Source: Cyclobacteriaceae bacterium
GTDB taxonomy: Bacteria; Bacteroidota; Bacteroidia; Cytophagales; Cyclobacteriaceae
NCBI GenBank assembly: GCA_026989505.1
Contig: JALSJF010000128.1
Location: 2,437-66,436 of the forward strand
Direction of reading: 5' to 3'
Length of the DNA: 64,000 nucleotides
Shown here: in pieces, positions 1-9,138 of the stretch
How the letters are laid out: each line of letters opens with the position of its first letter
Numbering within the stretch: position 1 is the stretch's first letter
Notes under the pieces: model-generated
Databases searched by the model: none
Told to the model about the DNA's origin: nothing
What the model saw: the letters and a program-made list of their open reading frames with translations, nothing else
Translations under genes and position numbers: made by a program

Positions 1-307
1 ACGGGTAACCTGATTTGGGGTGGAACAACTGGAAATTACGTAGTTCTTCCTCGCGTATTGTATTGGCCGAATCGCGGATAGTGTATTGCACATAAATGTT
101 CCTGTGTGGATATTCCAGGCCGTTGCGCAGGTTGAAGTACAGGTTATAGGCCTTGTCTGGGTTGGTAATGGTAAAGGCAAAAGTTTTTATTGAATCAGCC
201 ATCCAGTAAGCATTGGGCAGGTCAGTAGTGTCTTCAAAAACCTTATTTTTGTCACAACTGCCTAACGCTAACAAACCAACCATAACCGGTAGCAGCAATT
301 TTCTCAT
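1..307 (-). CDS. gldH: GldH-like gliding-motility lipoprotein, N-terminal part (gene continues beyond the window start)
   Basis: My own minus-strand translation from the ATG at 307-305 gives MRKLLLPVMVGLLALGSCDKNKVFEDTTDLPNAYWMADSIKTFAFTITNPDKAYNLYFNLRNGLEYPHRNIYVQYTI... It has a lipoprotein signal peptide with lipobox LGSC, and the frame stays open to position 1. Its start overlaps the stop of the upstream PSP1 gene (ATGA). From memory it resembles the GldH family, and PSP1-gldH synteny is common in Bacteroidota. It is absent from the ORF track because it has no stop inside the window. Confidence 0.55.
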   Translation of the reverse strand, partial: MRKLLLPVMVGLLALGSCDKNKVFEDTTDLPNAYWMADSIKTFAFTITNPDKAYNLYFNLRNGLEYPHRNIYVQYTIRDSANTIREEELRNFQLFHPKSGYP

Positions 308-1464
308 TTCTTGTGGTTGGGTTTTCTGTTTTGGTTACCGTGGTGCCGTCTGTGTCTGTTTTTGGGTTTCCTTTTCTTCTTCTGCTTGCCGGTGTATTTC
401 CTGTCGAGGCGCTCCAGGTCATTGGTAATGGCCTGGGCTTTTTCCAACCGTTCCAGGTCCTGGTCAACTTGCAGGTTTTCGGGCTTCTGCCCTTTTTTGT
501 TCAGCGCTATGATTTCCCTTACCCGTTCAGCCGTTATCGGGTGCCACATACTCTCGCCACTATAGCCAAACCACATAATCTTGCGGAAGATATCGGTCTT
601 TTGCAAATAGGCTTCACCTTTTTCGGTGAGTAAAGGCCGGTCAATTTTGGGGATATCTTCCAGGGCCTGCATATAGGTGTCGAGCTCGTAGTTAAGGCAA
701 CATTTCAGCCGTCCGCACTGGCCGCTAAGCTTACCGGGGTTCAACGACAGGTTTTGATAACGGGCGGCACTGGTGGTAACACTTTTAAAATCAGTTAGCC
801 AGGTAGAGCAGCAAAGTTCGCGGCCGCAGGAGCCAATACCGCCCAGGCGGCCGGCCTCCTGGCGCAGGCTGATCTGCCGCATCTCTACCCTGATACGGAA
901 TTCCCCGGCCAGCACCTTTATCAACTCCCTGAAGTCCACCCGCTCATCGGCAGAATAGTAAAAAGTGGCTTTCGTATTGTCTGCCTGGTACTCCACATCG
1001 GTGAGTTTCATCTTCAGCCCCATTTGCTGGATGATCTCCCGGCTGCGGTACAAGGTGGAGTTTTCACGGTTTTTTACTTTTTCGTATTTTTCTATGTCGT
1101 GTGATGAAGCCAGGCGGTAAATCTGCCGTATCGATTCATCATTTTTTACCTTTTTCTTGTTCATCTGCAGGCGCACCAGTTCACCCTGCAACGATACGTA
1201 GCCGATATGGTGGCCATTGGGGACATCTATCACCACCGAATCACCGGTATGTAATTCGAGGTTGGTTTTATTACGGTAAAACCCTTTACGGCCGTTTTTA
1301 AACCTGACCTCAACCACATCAAAGCGGTTTTCGCGGGTTTCATTCATATCGGCCAGCCAGTCGAAAACATTTAGCTTATTGCAGCCGCCTGTCAGACAAC
1401 CACCGGAGTTGCAGCCATGTGCTATGGCGCCCCCGTTTAAACTACATGTACCGCATGCTCCCAT
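304..1464 (-). CDS. PSP1 domain protein (RicT / stage 0 sporulation-like family)
   Basis: The 386-aa ORF has the PSP1 core ...FYYSADERVDFRELIKVLAGEFRIRVEMRQISLRQEAGRLGGIGSCGRELCCSTWL...GQCGRLKCCLNYE. It also has a Cys-rich N-terminus and a Lys/Arg-rich C-terminal tail. Confidence 0.85.
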   Translation of the reverse strand: MGACGTCSLNGGAIAHGCNSGGCLTGGCNKLNVFDWLADMNETRENRFDVVEVRFKNGRKGFYRNKTNLELHTGDSVVIDVPNGHHIGYVSLQGELVRLQMNKKKVKNDESIRQIYRLASSHDIEKYEKVKNRENSTLYRSREIIQQMGLKMKLTDVEYQADNTKATFYYSADERVDFRELIKVLAGEFRIRVEMRQISLRQEAGRLGGIGSCGRELCCSTWLTDFKSVTTSAARYQNLSLNPGKLSGQCGRLKCCLNYELDTYMQALEDIPKIDRPLLTEKGEAYLQKTDIFRKIMWFGYSGESMWHPITAERVREIIALNKKGQKPENLQVDQDLERLEKAQAITNDLERLDRKYTGKQKKKRKPKNRHRRHHGNQNRKPNHKK

Positions 1465-1534
1465 CGAAAAATTAGTTATGCAGATGCTAAAATAATGAAA
1501 TTACTCAGGTAAAAGGATACCCGGCCTGTCATTT

Positions 1535-2821
1535 TCATTCGCCAGGGTTTAATAAATCCTGACCGATATCCCTGCGGTAATACATATCCTGCCAGTTGAT
1601 TTTCTTCAGGGCGGCATAACTTTTGTTTAAGGCTTCGGGTAACGAGTTGCCCATGCCCGTGGCGGCCAGTACCCGCCCGCCATTGGTTACCACCTTGTTT
1701 TCTGCTGCTTTCGTGCCGGCATGGAAAACCAGGGCCTCCATAGGTTCCGCCAGGCCTGTAACAGGGTTGCCCCGGGCATATTGTTCAGGATAGCCCCCGG
1801 CTACACCCACTACGGTGGTAGCTGTGGCGGGGGTTACGGTCAGGTTGATCGTATTAAGTTTCCCGCTGGCAGCAGCGATCAGGGTTTCCAGAAAATCACC
1901 TTGCAAGCGGGGGATAACCACCTGGGTCTCAGGATCTCCCATGCGTACATTATATTCAATCACATACGGCTCACCAGCCACGTTCATCAGACCGATAAAC
2001 AGAAAACCGATATAGTCAATACCCCTTTTATTAAGCCCGGTGAGGGTGGGGCGGATGACTTTTTCTTCTACTTTCTGTAAAAATTTTTCCGTGGCAAAAG
2101 GTACGGGCGACACTGCGCCCATGCCCCCGGTATTCAGGCCGGTGTCTTGTTCGCCTATGCGTTTATAGTCTTTGGCCTCGGGTAAAACTTTATAATGCTT
2201 GCCATCGGTAAGCACAAACACCGAGAGTTCAATGCCATCAAGGTATTGCTCAATAAGTATTTTACGGCCGGCTTCAGCAAATTTATTGTTGAGCAACATG
2301 TCTTTTACGGCCTTCCGGGCCTCATCTTTTGACGGGGCTATGATAACTCCCTTGCCGGCAGCCAGCCCATCGGCTTTTATTACTATCGGGGTTGGTTGTT
2401 CTTCTAGGTAGCCGTAGGCCCGGTCGATTTCATTAGCGGTAAACGATTTAGCGGCAGCCGTGGGAATACTGTTTTCCTGCATAAACGCTTTGGCGAAGTC
2501 CTTGCTGCCTTCTAATTGCGCTCCGGCTGCATCCGGCCCGATAATCATCAGGTTTTGCAGGCCGGGCTGGCCCAGCAAATAATCCCGCAGCCCGTTTACC
2601 AGGGGGTCTTCCGGGCCGATTACCAGCAGACGGATAGCATGTTCTGCAATGGCCCCGGCAATCCCTGCAAAATCGGATACTGCAATGCTGAGGTTCTTTC
2701 CCACAGCAGCGGTACCGGCATTACCGGGGGCAATATACAGGGTATCACATTTGCTGCTTTGGGCTATCTTCCAGGCCAGGGTATGTTCCCGGCCACCGGA
2801 GCCTAATACGAGTACATTCAT
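1535..2821 (-). CDS. purD: Phosphoribosylamine--glycine ligase
   Basis: The 428-aa ORF starts MNVLVLGSGGREHTLAWK, followed by an ATP-grasp region and ...VIEYNVRMGDPETQ... Confidence 0.95.
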   Translation of the reverse strand: MNVLVLGSGGREHTLAWKIAQSSKCDTLYIAPGNAGTAAVGKNLSIAVSDFAGIAGAIAEHAIRLLVIGPEDPLVNGLRDYLLGQPGLQNLMIIGPDAAGAQLEGSKDFAKAFMQENSIPTAAAKSFTANEIDRAYGYLEEQPTPIVIKADGLAAGKGVIIAPSKDEARKAVKDMLLNNKFAEAGRKILIEQYLDGIELSVFVLTDGKHYKVLPEAKDYKRIGEQDTGLNTGGMGAVSPVPFATEKFLQKVEEKVIRPTLTGLNKRGIDYIGFLFIGLMNVAGEPYVIEYNVRMGDPETQVVIPRLQGDFLETLIAAASGKLNTINLTVTPATATTVVGVAGGYPEQYARGNPVTGLAEPMEALVFHAGTKAAENKVVTNGGRVLAATGMGNSLPEALNKSYAALKKINWQDMYYRRDIGQDLLNPGE

Positions 2822-2860
2822 GGTGTAAAAATTATTGCCGCAAATATCGGCTGCCCATAA

Positions 2861-5047
2861 TTAATTGGCATACTCGGAAAGGAATTTAATTCGCATCAGG
2901 CGGATTTCTTCTTCACTGTATTCGTCATTGTCTTCATCCTCCAGCGCCACTTCAATGCTGTCGGTCTCGGCATTGAGGAAATAATCATACAGGTCATCCT
3001 GGCGCTCATTATCAATAACCTGGTCGATATAATAGTCCAGGTTGAGCTTGGTGCCTGACGACACGATATTCTCAATCTCAGTGAGTAACTCACCCATCGA
3101 CAGGCCCTTGGCCTCCGCTATTTCTTCCAGGTCGAGTTTTTTATCAATTTGGGTGATAATAAATACCTTGTTTTTGGATTTGTTAACGGTAGATTTTACC
3201 GTAACATCAAAAGCGGTAATGATATCGTTTTCTTCTACATAATTGCTGATCAGCTCTACAAACTCCCGGCCAAACTTAAGTGCTTTGCCATGGCCTACAC
3301 CATTAACCTTTTGCAATTCTTCCAGCGTACAGGGGAAGGTAGTGGCCATTTCCTCCAAAGAAGGGTCCTGAAAAACCACATAGGGGGGTACACCCCTGTG
3401 TTTGGCAACGGATTTACGCAGGTTTTTCAGCATACTAAACAGGGTTTCATCGTAGGCGTGGGCCGTTTGTACCATTTGCCCGACCTCCTCATCTTCTTGC
3501 TTCAGGTTGGTGTAATCATGGTTTTTAAACAAGGTAACCTTAAAGGGGTCTTTAAGGAAGTTCCTGCCTTTTTCGGTTACTTTCAGCACCCCGATGTTAT
3601 TGATATCCTTCGAAAGAAACTCATTAAGCAAACTTTGCCGCACGACCGAGCGCCAGAAGTCTTCTGTTTGCTCATTGCCCGTCCCAAAAACAGGCAACTG
3701 GTCGTGTTTATAACTGGTTACATAATCCGATTTTTTGCCGGTAATTACATCTACCAGGTGCAACATGCCAAAACGCTCTTCGGTAAGCAGGGCTGTTTCC
3801 AGCACGGTTTTCACGTAGTCTTCCCCGGCATAGGTTTCGGTAGGGTGCAGGCAATTGTCGCAGTTATTACAGTTTTCGGCATCATAAGATTCGCCAAAAT
3901 AGTGCAACAACTGTTTCCTGCGGCACACGGCCGATTCGGCATAGGAGGTCATTTCCTCCAGCAGCAGCCGCGAGTTATCCCTTTCCTGCACCGGCTTGTC
4001 TTTGTTGAACTTATCCAGTTTCAGGATATCGTTATGGCTGAAGAACATCAGGCACTGGCTGTGGATACCGTCACGGCCTGCCCGCCCGGTTTCCTGGTAG
4101 TATCCCTCCAGCGATTTGGGCACATCGTAGTGTACCACAAACCGCACATCGGGCTTGTCGATGCCCATGCCAAACGCAATGGTAGCCACAATCACATCCA
4201 CATCCTCATTCAGGAAATCATCCTGGTTCTTCATGCGCTCTTTGCTGTCGAGGCCGGCATGGTAGGGGGCCGCTTTAATATCATTTACCGTCAGCAACTC
4301 GGCAATTTCCTCCACCTTTTTGCGGCTCAGGCAATAGACAATACCCGACTTGCCATTTTGGGCTTTCAGGAACTTAATCAACTGTTTTTTGGTGTCCTGC
4401 TTCGGCCGGACTTCATAATACAGGTTATCGCGGTTAAACGAACTCTTATATACCCCGGAAGTTTCCATTTCCAGGTTTTTCATGATGTCTTGCTGCACCT
4501 TTGGCGTAGCGGTGGCAGTCAGGGCAATAATCGGGTGGGCGCCCAACTCATGCACAATGGTCTTGATCCTGCGGTATTCCGGCCGGAAATCGTGCCCCCA
4601 TTCGGATATACAATGGGCTTCATCAACCGCCACAAAAGAAATATTGGCCTGTTTGAGAAACGCAACATTTTCTTCTTTGGTTAATGACTCGGGCGCCACG
4701 TAAAGCAGCTTGACCTTGCCGGCCAGGGTATCCTCTTTCACCTTGCGGGCTTCTGTTTTTGATAAGGTTGAATTTAAAAAACGGGCATCTATACCAAAAG
4801 CCTGCATTTGGTCCACCTGGTTCTTCATCAGGGCGATGAGCGGGGAGATAATAATAGCGGTGCCCCCCAGGACCACGGCCGGTAACTGGTAACAAAGCGA
4901 TTTGCCGGCACCCGTTGGCATGATCACAAACGTATCATTACCATTATAAATGCTCTTTATAATCTCCTCCTGGTTACCGCGGTATTTGTCAAAGCCAAAT
5001 ATCTCCTTCAGCGCAACCCTTAATTTATCATCTTGCTCTACTAACAT
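2861..5047 (-). CDS. recQ: ATP-dependent DNA helicase RecQ
   Basis: The 728-aa ORF carries PTGAGKSLCYQLP, DEAHCISEWGHDFRPEY, a Zn-binding Cys cluster (CRRKQLLHYFGE...CNNCDNC) and an HRDC-like region (PPYVVFQDPSLEEMA). Confidence 0.95.
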   Translation of the reverse strand: MLVEQDDKLRVALKEIFGFDKYRGNQEEIIKSIYNGNDTFVIMPTGAGKSLCYQLPAVVLGGTAIIISPLIALMKNQVDQMQAFGIDARFLNSTLSKTEARKVKEDTLAGKVKLLYVAPESLTKEENVAFLKQANISFVAVDEAHCISEWGHDFRPEYRRIKTIVHELGAHPIIALTATATPKVQQDIMKNLEMETSGVYKSSFNRDNLYYEVRPKQDTKKQLIKFLKAQNGKSGIVYCLSRKKVEEIAELLTVNDIKAAPYHAGLDSKERMKNQDDFLNEDVDVIVATIAFGMGIDKPDVRFVVHYDVPKSLEGYYQETGRAGRDGIHSQCLMFFSHNDILKLDKFNKDKPVQERDNSRLLLEEMTSYAESAVCRRKQLLHYFGESYDAENCNNCDNCLHPTETYAGEDYVKTVLETALLTEERFGMLHLVDVITGKKSDYVTSYKHDQLPVFGTGNEQTEDFWRSVVRQSLLNEFLSKDINNIGVLKVTEKGRNFLKDPFKVTLFKNHDYTNLKQEDEEVGQMVQTAHAYDETLFSMLKNLRKSVAKHRGVPPYVVFQDPSLEEMATTFPCTLEELQKVNGVGHGKALKFGREFVELISNYVEENDIITAFDVTVKSTVNKSKNKVFIITQIDKKLDLEEIAEAKGLSMGELLTEIENIVSSGTKLNLDYYIDQVIDNERQDDLYDYFLNAETDSIEVALEDEDNDEYSEEEIRLMRIKFLSEYAN

Positions 5048-5093
5048 CTGTCAGCAATTTTTCAACTATGGTCTATGAATACACATTGTTAAG

Positions 5094-5101
5094 TATCTTT
5101 G
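5094..5101 (+). promoter_or_regulatory. Candidate Bacteroidota -7 promoter box (TATCTTTG) in the recQ/guanylyltransferase divergent spacer
   Basis: It matches the TAnnTTTG consensus exactly and overlaps the 13-bp palindrome CTTTGCCGCAAAG (5097-5109). It lies about 130 nt upstream of the ATG at 5231. Confidence 0.25.
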
Positions 5102-5230
5102 CCGCAAAGCAAACACAATACCTTATTTCATGAAGATAAGGAAATTTTCAAATAATCTGAACGCATAAAACAAGAAAAATTAGCTTTATAGGCTGATTTT
5201 TATAAATCGCGACAAAAAAACTGTAAATAT

Positions 5231-6304
5231 ATGCCAAATACCTATGTAGTAATCATGGCAGGAGGGTCAGGCACCCGTTTCTGGCCTTTTAGCCGGGTCG
5301 AAAAACCTAAGCAATTTCTTGATGTATTGGGGGTAGGACAGACCTTGTTGCAGATGACTTTCGACCGTTTTAATGAGATGGTACCGGTTGAAAACATTTT
5401 TATTGTGTCGAATAGCCGTTATAATGATTTGATCTTTGAGCAACTGCCGGCCCTTAAGAAAGACCAGGTGTTGCTGGAGCCGTTTCAGCGCAATACGGCC
5501 CCGTGTATAGCGTATGCCTGCTATAAAATTGCTGCCAAAGATCCTGGGGCTACTATTATTGTCTCCCCGGCTGATCATGTGGTGTTTAAGGAAAGGGCCT
5601 TTCTGGCCATTATAAATGATGCCCTGAAGACGGCTAAAGCGGAGGATAAGCTGGTTACCATTGGGGTTACCCCCAACCGCCCGGAGACCGGCTACGGCTA
5701 CATTCAATATATGGAAAACAGCAACGCTAAAGTTAAAAAAGTTAAAACCTTTACCGAAAAACCAGCCAAAGACCTGGCGGTAAAGTTTATAGAGAGTGGT
5801 GAGTTTGTGTGGAATGCCGGCATTTTCGTCTGGTCGGCCAGGGCCATCAAGCAGGCGTTTAGCCAATACCTGCCCGAAATGGCCGAAGTTTTTACCGGTG
5901 TGGCCAAACATTTTTACACCCAGCAAGAGCAAAAAGCTATAGATGAAGCTTACGCCCAGTGTAAGAACATTTCTATTGATTACGGCATTCTGGAAAAAGC
6001 CGATAATGTTTATGTGGTGCTGGGCGAGTTCGGTTGGTCTGACCTGGGCTCCTGGCGATCGCTGTACGAGGTGAGTAAAAAGGATGAGCAGGGCAATATG
6101 GTGAAAGCCAATGCCATGATCTATAACAGTACCAATTGCACCATCAGCGGGCCCAAGGATAAACTGATTGTCGTGAGCGGGGTGAATGACTGCCTCATTA
6201 CGGATTATGGCAATGCGATTTTAATATGCAATAAAAACAGCCCTACCGAGCTTAAAACCATCGTGCATGACATTCAGGTATCGAAAAGCAGCCATTTTTT
6301 ATAG
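5231..6304 (+). CDS. Mannose-1-phosphate guanylyltransferase (NTP-transferase family)
   Basis: The 357-aa ORF starts VIMAGGSGTRFWPFSR and contains ...GYGYIQ...FTEKP...W NAGIFVW, typical of GDP-mannose pyrophosphorylases. Confidence 0.85.
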   Translation: MPNTYVVIMAGGSGTRFWPFSRVEKPKQFLDVLGVGQTLLQMTFDRFNEMVPVENIFIVSNSRYNDLIFEQLPALKKDQVLLEPFQRNTAPCIAYACYKIAAKDPGATIIVSPADHVVFKERAFLAIINDALKTAKAEDKLVTIGVTPNRPETGYGYIQYMENSNAKVKKVKTFTEKPAKDLAVKFIESGEFVWNAGIFVWSARAIKQAFSQYLPEMAEVFTGVAKHFYTQQEQKAIDEAYAQCKNISIDYGILEKADNVYVVLGEFGWSDLGSWRSLYEVSKKDEQGNMVKANAMIYNSTNCTISGPKDKLIVVSGVNDCLITDYGNAILICNKNSPTELKTIVHDIQVSKSSHFL

Positions 6305-7051
6305 TCAGGGAGCAAATTTTCGTTGCCTTATGGCTTCGTAGAGCACAATGCCTGCCGAAGTAGCCACATTCAGCGAAGCGATTTTGCCGGCCATGGGGAT
6401 CTTGGCTTTGAAATCACAAAAGGAGAGGATTTCCGGATCAATGCCGGTATCCTCGGCCCCCATAATAATTACCGTAGGCCGGGCAAAAGGCACTTCGTAA
6501 ATACTGGCCGCGGTTTTTTCGGTGCAGGCCACCAGGCTGAGGCCGCTTTTTTGCAGTGCGCCCAGCAAGGCCGGCAGGTTATTGGTGCGGGCAACGGGCA
6601 CCAGGTTTAAAGCCCCGGCCGAAGTTTTCATGGCATCGCCCGATACCTGGGCAGCACCCCGTGACGGTACAATAACGGCATCTGCCCCTGCGCCCTCGGC
6701 TGTACGGATAATGGCACCAAAATTACGGACATCGGTAATCCGGTCCAGGGCCAGCACCAGGGGGTCGCGGCCTTCGGCAAAACATTGATCAATAATGTGG
6801 TCGATGTTGGCAAACTCAATGGGCGAGATGAACCCCACCACCCCCTGATTGTTTTTCCGCGTGAGGCGGTCGAGCTTCTCCTGGGGCACCCGGGTAAGCA
6901 CTACTTTATTGGCTTTGGCCAGATGCAGCAACTCGCTGGCCAGTTCCCCGGCCAGGTTTTTTTTCACAAACAGCTTGTCAAAGGTTTTGCCGGCTTTAAT
7001 GGCCTCAATTACCGGTCTGAGGCCAAAGACCATATCATTATTTTTTATCAT
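6305..7051 (-). CDS. rlmB: TrmH-family 23S rRNA (guanosine-2'-O)-methyltransferase RlmB
   Basis: The SpoU/TrmH C-terminal motifs are present (...IIMGAEDTGI...IPMAGKIASLNVATSAGIVLYE). I place the start at the ATG at 7051 (MIKNNDMVFGLRPVIEAIKAG) rather than the ORF-track start at 7099. This start overlaps the upstream stop by 1 nt. Confidence 0.85.
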   Translation of the reverse strand: MIKNNDMVFGLRPVIEAIKAGKTFDKLFVKKNLAGELASELLHLAKANKVVLTRVPQEKLDRLTRKNNQGVVGFISPIEFANIDHIIDQCFAEGRDPLVLALDRITDVRNFGAIIRTAEGAGADAVIVPSRGAAQVSGDAMKTSAGALNLVPVARTNNLPALLGALQKSGLSLVACTEKTAASIYEVPFARPTVIIMGAEDTGIDPEILSFCDFKAKIPMAGKIASLNVATSAGIVLYEAIRQRKFAP

Positions 7052-8280
7052 CAGAATTCTTTTTTGCCCGACCGCCACAGGTCGATAGTGCGGTACCATA
7101 AGTTCTGGAACTCGGGTTTACGCACCAATACATAATGCTGGTCAGTAAAGGCGGTGTTAATGTGCTTGAAGAAAAATGCCACCCGGGGCAATTCAAAGGT
7201 TTTGTCATAAATCCACATAACGCCTTCATCTTTCATAATTGCTTTAGATGGGGGGCCAAAAATAATGTAGATCATCCCCATATCGGTCTTCCAGCCTTCT
7301 TTATAGGAGGTAAAAAGCGTATTCGCTTCCCGCACCCTTTTGTAATACGCGCGAATAACACGTTTGGCTTTTGCGGGTGATTTGGCATTGTTCAACCAAA
7401 ACTCATCAAACAGCTCCTTTTTTTTGAAAGAGGTTGTCATTTTTTCGTACTCTTCGTTGGTGGTTAAATAGCGGATGCTTTCTACCAGGCGCTCGATTTT
7501 GGTAAATTTGGGGTAGGATTTCTCCCGGACGATTACCGACCTGCCAATGGAGGCGTTTGTCCAGTGAAAATAATATAAGCCTTTTTCTGTGAGGGCAATG
7601 CTGTCAGTAGAAGCTTTGATAACGGACCTTTCCACCGTAAAAGGAACATTTACTGAGTCAGGTTTTACCACCATCGGGGGTTTGGCCGGTAAAAAGTGAT
7701 AATCATACAGATCAACTGTAACCGAATACAGGTTTTGAAATAAACTGGCTGTTTGCACGGTAGTGCCCAGCGGCAGGAAGTTGTTGAAAATAGTGGTATT
7801 AGACCGGGCGCTTTTGAGTATGATGTCATCTACATTATTTCTCCTTGCTATCCTTTTCAGGTAAGGGTAGGTAATGTTCTTGGTAGAGTCGCGCAGCCAT
7901 AAAACAATGTATCTCGCCCGGTCAACCCTGGCTTTGATGGCAAACAGGGTGCCGTTGGCATCTTCATGCTGAAAATAAGTGGCAAGGGGGTTAAGCGCTA
8001 ATTTTTTGGTTATTATATCCTCCGGGTTAGCCAGCAAGGAATAGCTAACCGTGAATTTTCTCAGGCTGTCGAGTGGGGCCTGCAGGTTTACCAGTAAAAT
8101 AGCGGTAGAGTCCTGCCGCCCGCTGATTATTTGCGCCCGCATGGGGGAGTTGGCCCGGAACTGAAAACTGAAATCGGTACTGGTGAGTTGCGGTTGGGCA
8201 AAGCTGTTTTCAGCATGCCCGGCCATGACGAGCATGGCAATAATCAGGATAGTTTTTTGGCATAATTGAATCATGGGCAC
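7051..8280 (-). CDS. GWxTD domain-containing secreted protein
   Basis: The 409-aa ORF has an N-terminal signal peptide and the motif ...YKEGWKTDMGMIYIIFGPP... (GWxTD). Confidence 0.8.
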   Translation of the reverse strand: MPMIQLCQKTILIIAMLVMAGHAENSFAQPQLTSTDFSFQFRANSPMRAQIISGRQDSTAILLVNLQAPLDSLRKFTVSYSLLANPEDIITKKLALNPLATYFQHEDANGTLFAIKARVDRARYIVLWLRDSTKNITYPYLKRIARRNNVDDIILKSARSNTTIFNNFLPLGTTVQTASLFQNLYSVTVDLYDYHFLPAKPPMVVKPDSVNVPFTVERSVIKASTDSIALTEKGLYYFHWTNASIGRSVIVREKSYPKFTKIERLVESIRYLTTNEEYEKMTTSFKKKELFDEFWLNNAKSPAKAKRVIRAYYKRVREANTLFTSYKEGWKTDMGMIYIIFGPPSKAIMKDEGVMWIYDKTFELPRVAFFFKHINTAFTDQHYVLVRKPEFQNLWYRTIDLWRSGKKEF

Positions 8281-8367
8281 ACAATTACCGTAAAATAAGT
8301 AAATCTTTTGCCAAGTTGAATTTTGTGACCAAATTATTTGCGAAATTTGCGCCTGCTACCAAACGCT

Positions 8368-9138
8368 ATGGCCGTTTATACTACCGAAATCGCTTCCGAT
8401 AAAATTACTTCCGACAACCCTGTGCACCAGCGGCTGTTAAAGGCGTATTACATTGCCCGGGATTATGTGCAGGGCGAACTGCTGGAAATAGGCTGTGGAG
8501 AGGGCCGTGGGGTAGCTTTGCTGCAGGAACAGGTAAAGAATTTTATTGGCATTGATAAAATTACCGGGGTGATTGACAAGCTTTCGGTGGCTTACCCGCA
8601 GGCAGAGTTTTACCCGGCTGTTATCCCGCCTTTGCCTTTTCCGGAAGCTAAATTTGATACGGTTATTTCTTTTCAGGTAATTGAGCATATCAAAGATGAC
8701 CGGCACTACCTGCAGGAGATAGCCCGCGTACTGAAACCGGGAGGGGTGGCCCTGCTTACCACGCCCAATAGCAAGCTCAGCCTGAGCCGTAACCCCTGGC
8801 ATATCCGTGAATACACCGCTGCTGAACTAACCGGGCTTTGTCAACCCTATTTTAGCAAGGTAACAATGCGGGGCATCACCGGTAATGCCAAGGTGATGGA
8901 GTACTATCGTCAGAACAAAGAGTCGGTGCAGCGCCTGACCCGTTTTGATGTGCTGGATTTGCAGCACCGCCTGCCGGCTTTTATGTTGAAGATACCTTAT
9001 GAAATCATGAACCGCCTGAACCGCAACAAACTGCAGGCAACTGACAACGAACTGGTGGCCTCAATTACCCACGAGGATTACCTTATCAGCGATGATGCCG
9101 ATACCAGCCTTGACTTGCTGGCCATGCTAACGCGTTAA
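8368..9138 (+). CDS. Class I SAM-dependent methyltransferase
   Basis: The SAM-binding motif LLEIGCGEGRG is present, with ...VISFQVIEHI...LKPGGVALLTTPN. The ATG at 8368 is the preferred start (the ORF track begins at a TTG at 8338). Confidence 0.8.
   Translation: MAVYTTEIASDKITSDNPVHQRLLKAYYIARDYVQGELLEIGCGEGRGVALLQEQVKNFIGIDKITGVIDKLSVAYPQAEFYPAVIPPLPFPEAKFDTVISFQVIEHIKDDRHYLQEIARVLKPGGVALLTTPNSKLSLSRNPWHIREYTAAELTGLCQPYFSKVTMRGITGNAKVMEYYRQNKESVQRLTRFDVLDLQHRLPAFMLKIPYEIMNRLNRNKLQATDNELVASITHEDYLISDDADTSLDLLAMLTR

Noticed and set aside
3149-4684. A 511-aa ORF on the plus strand
   Set aside because: It lies entirely antisense to the well-supported recQ gene. Its sequence is low-complexity and hydrophobic, with no recognisable motifs. 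It is a typical shadow ORF.
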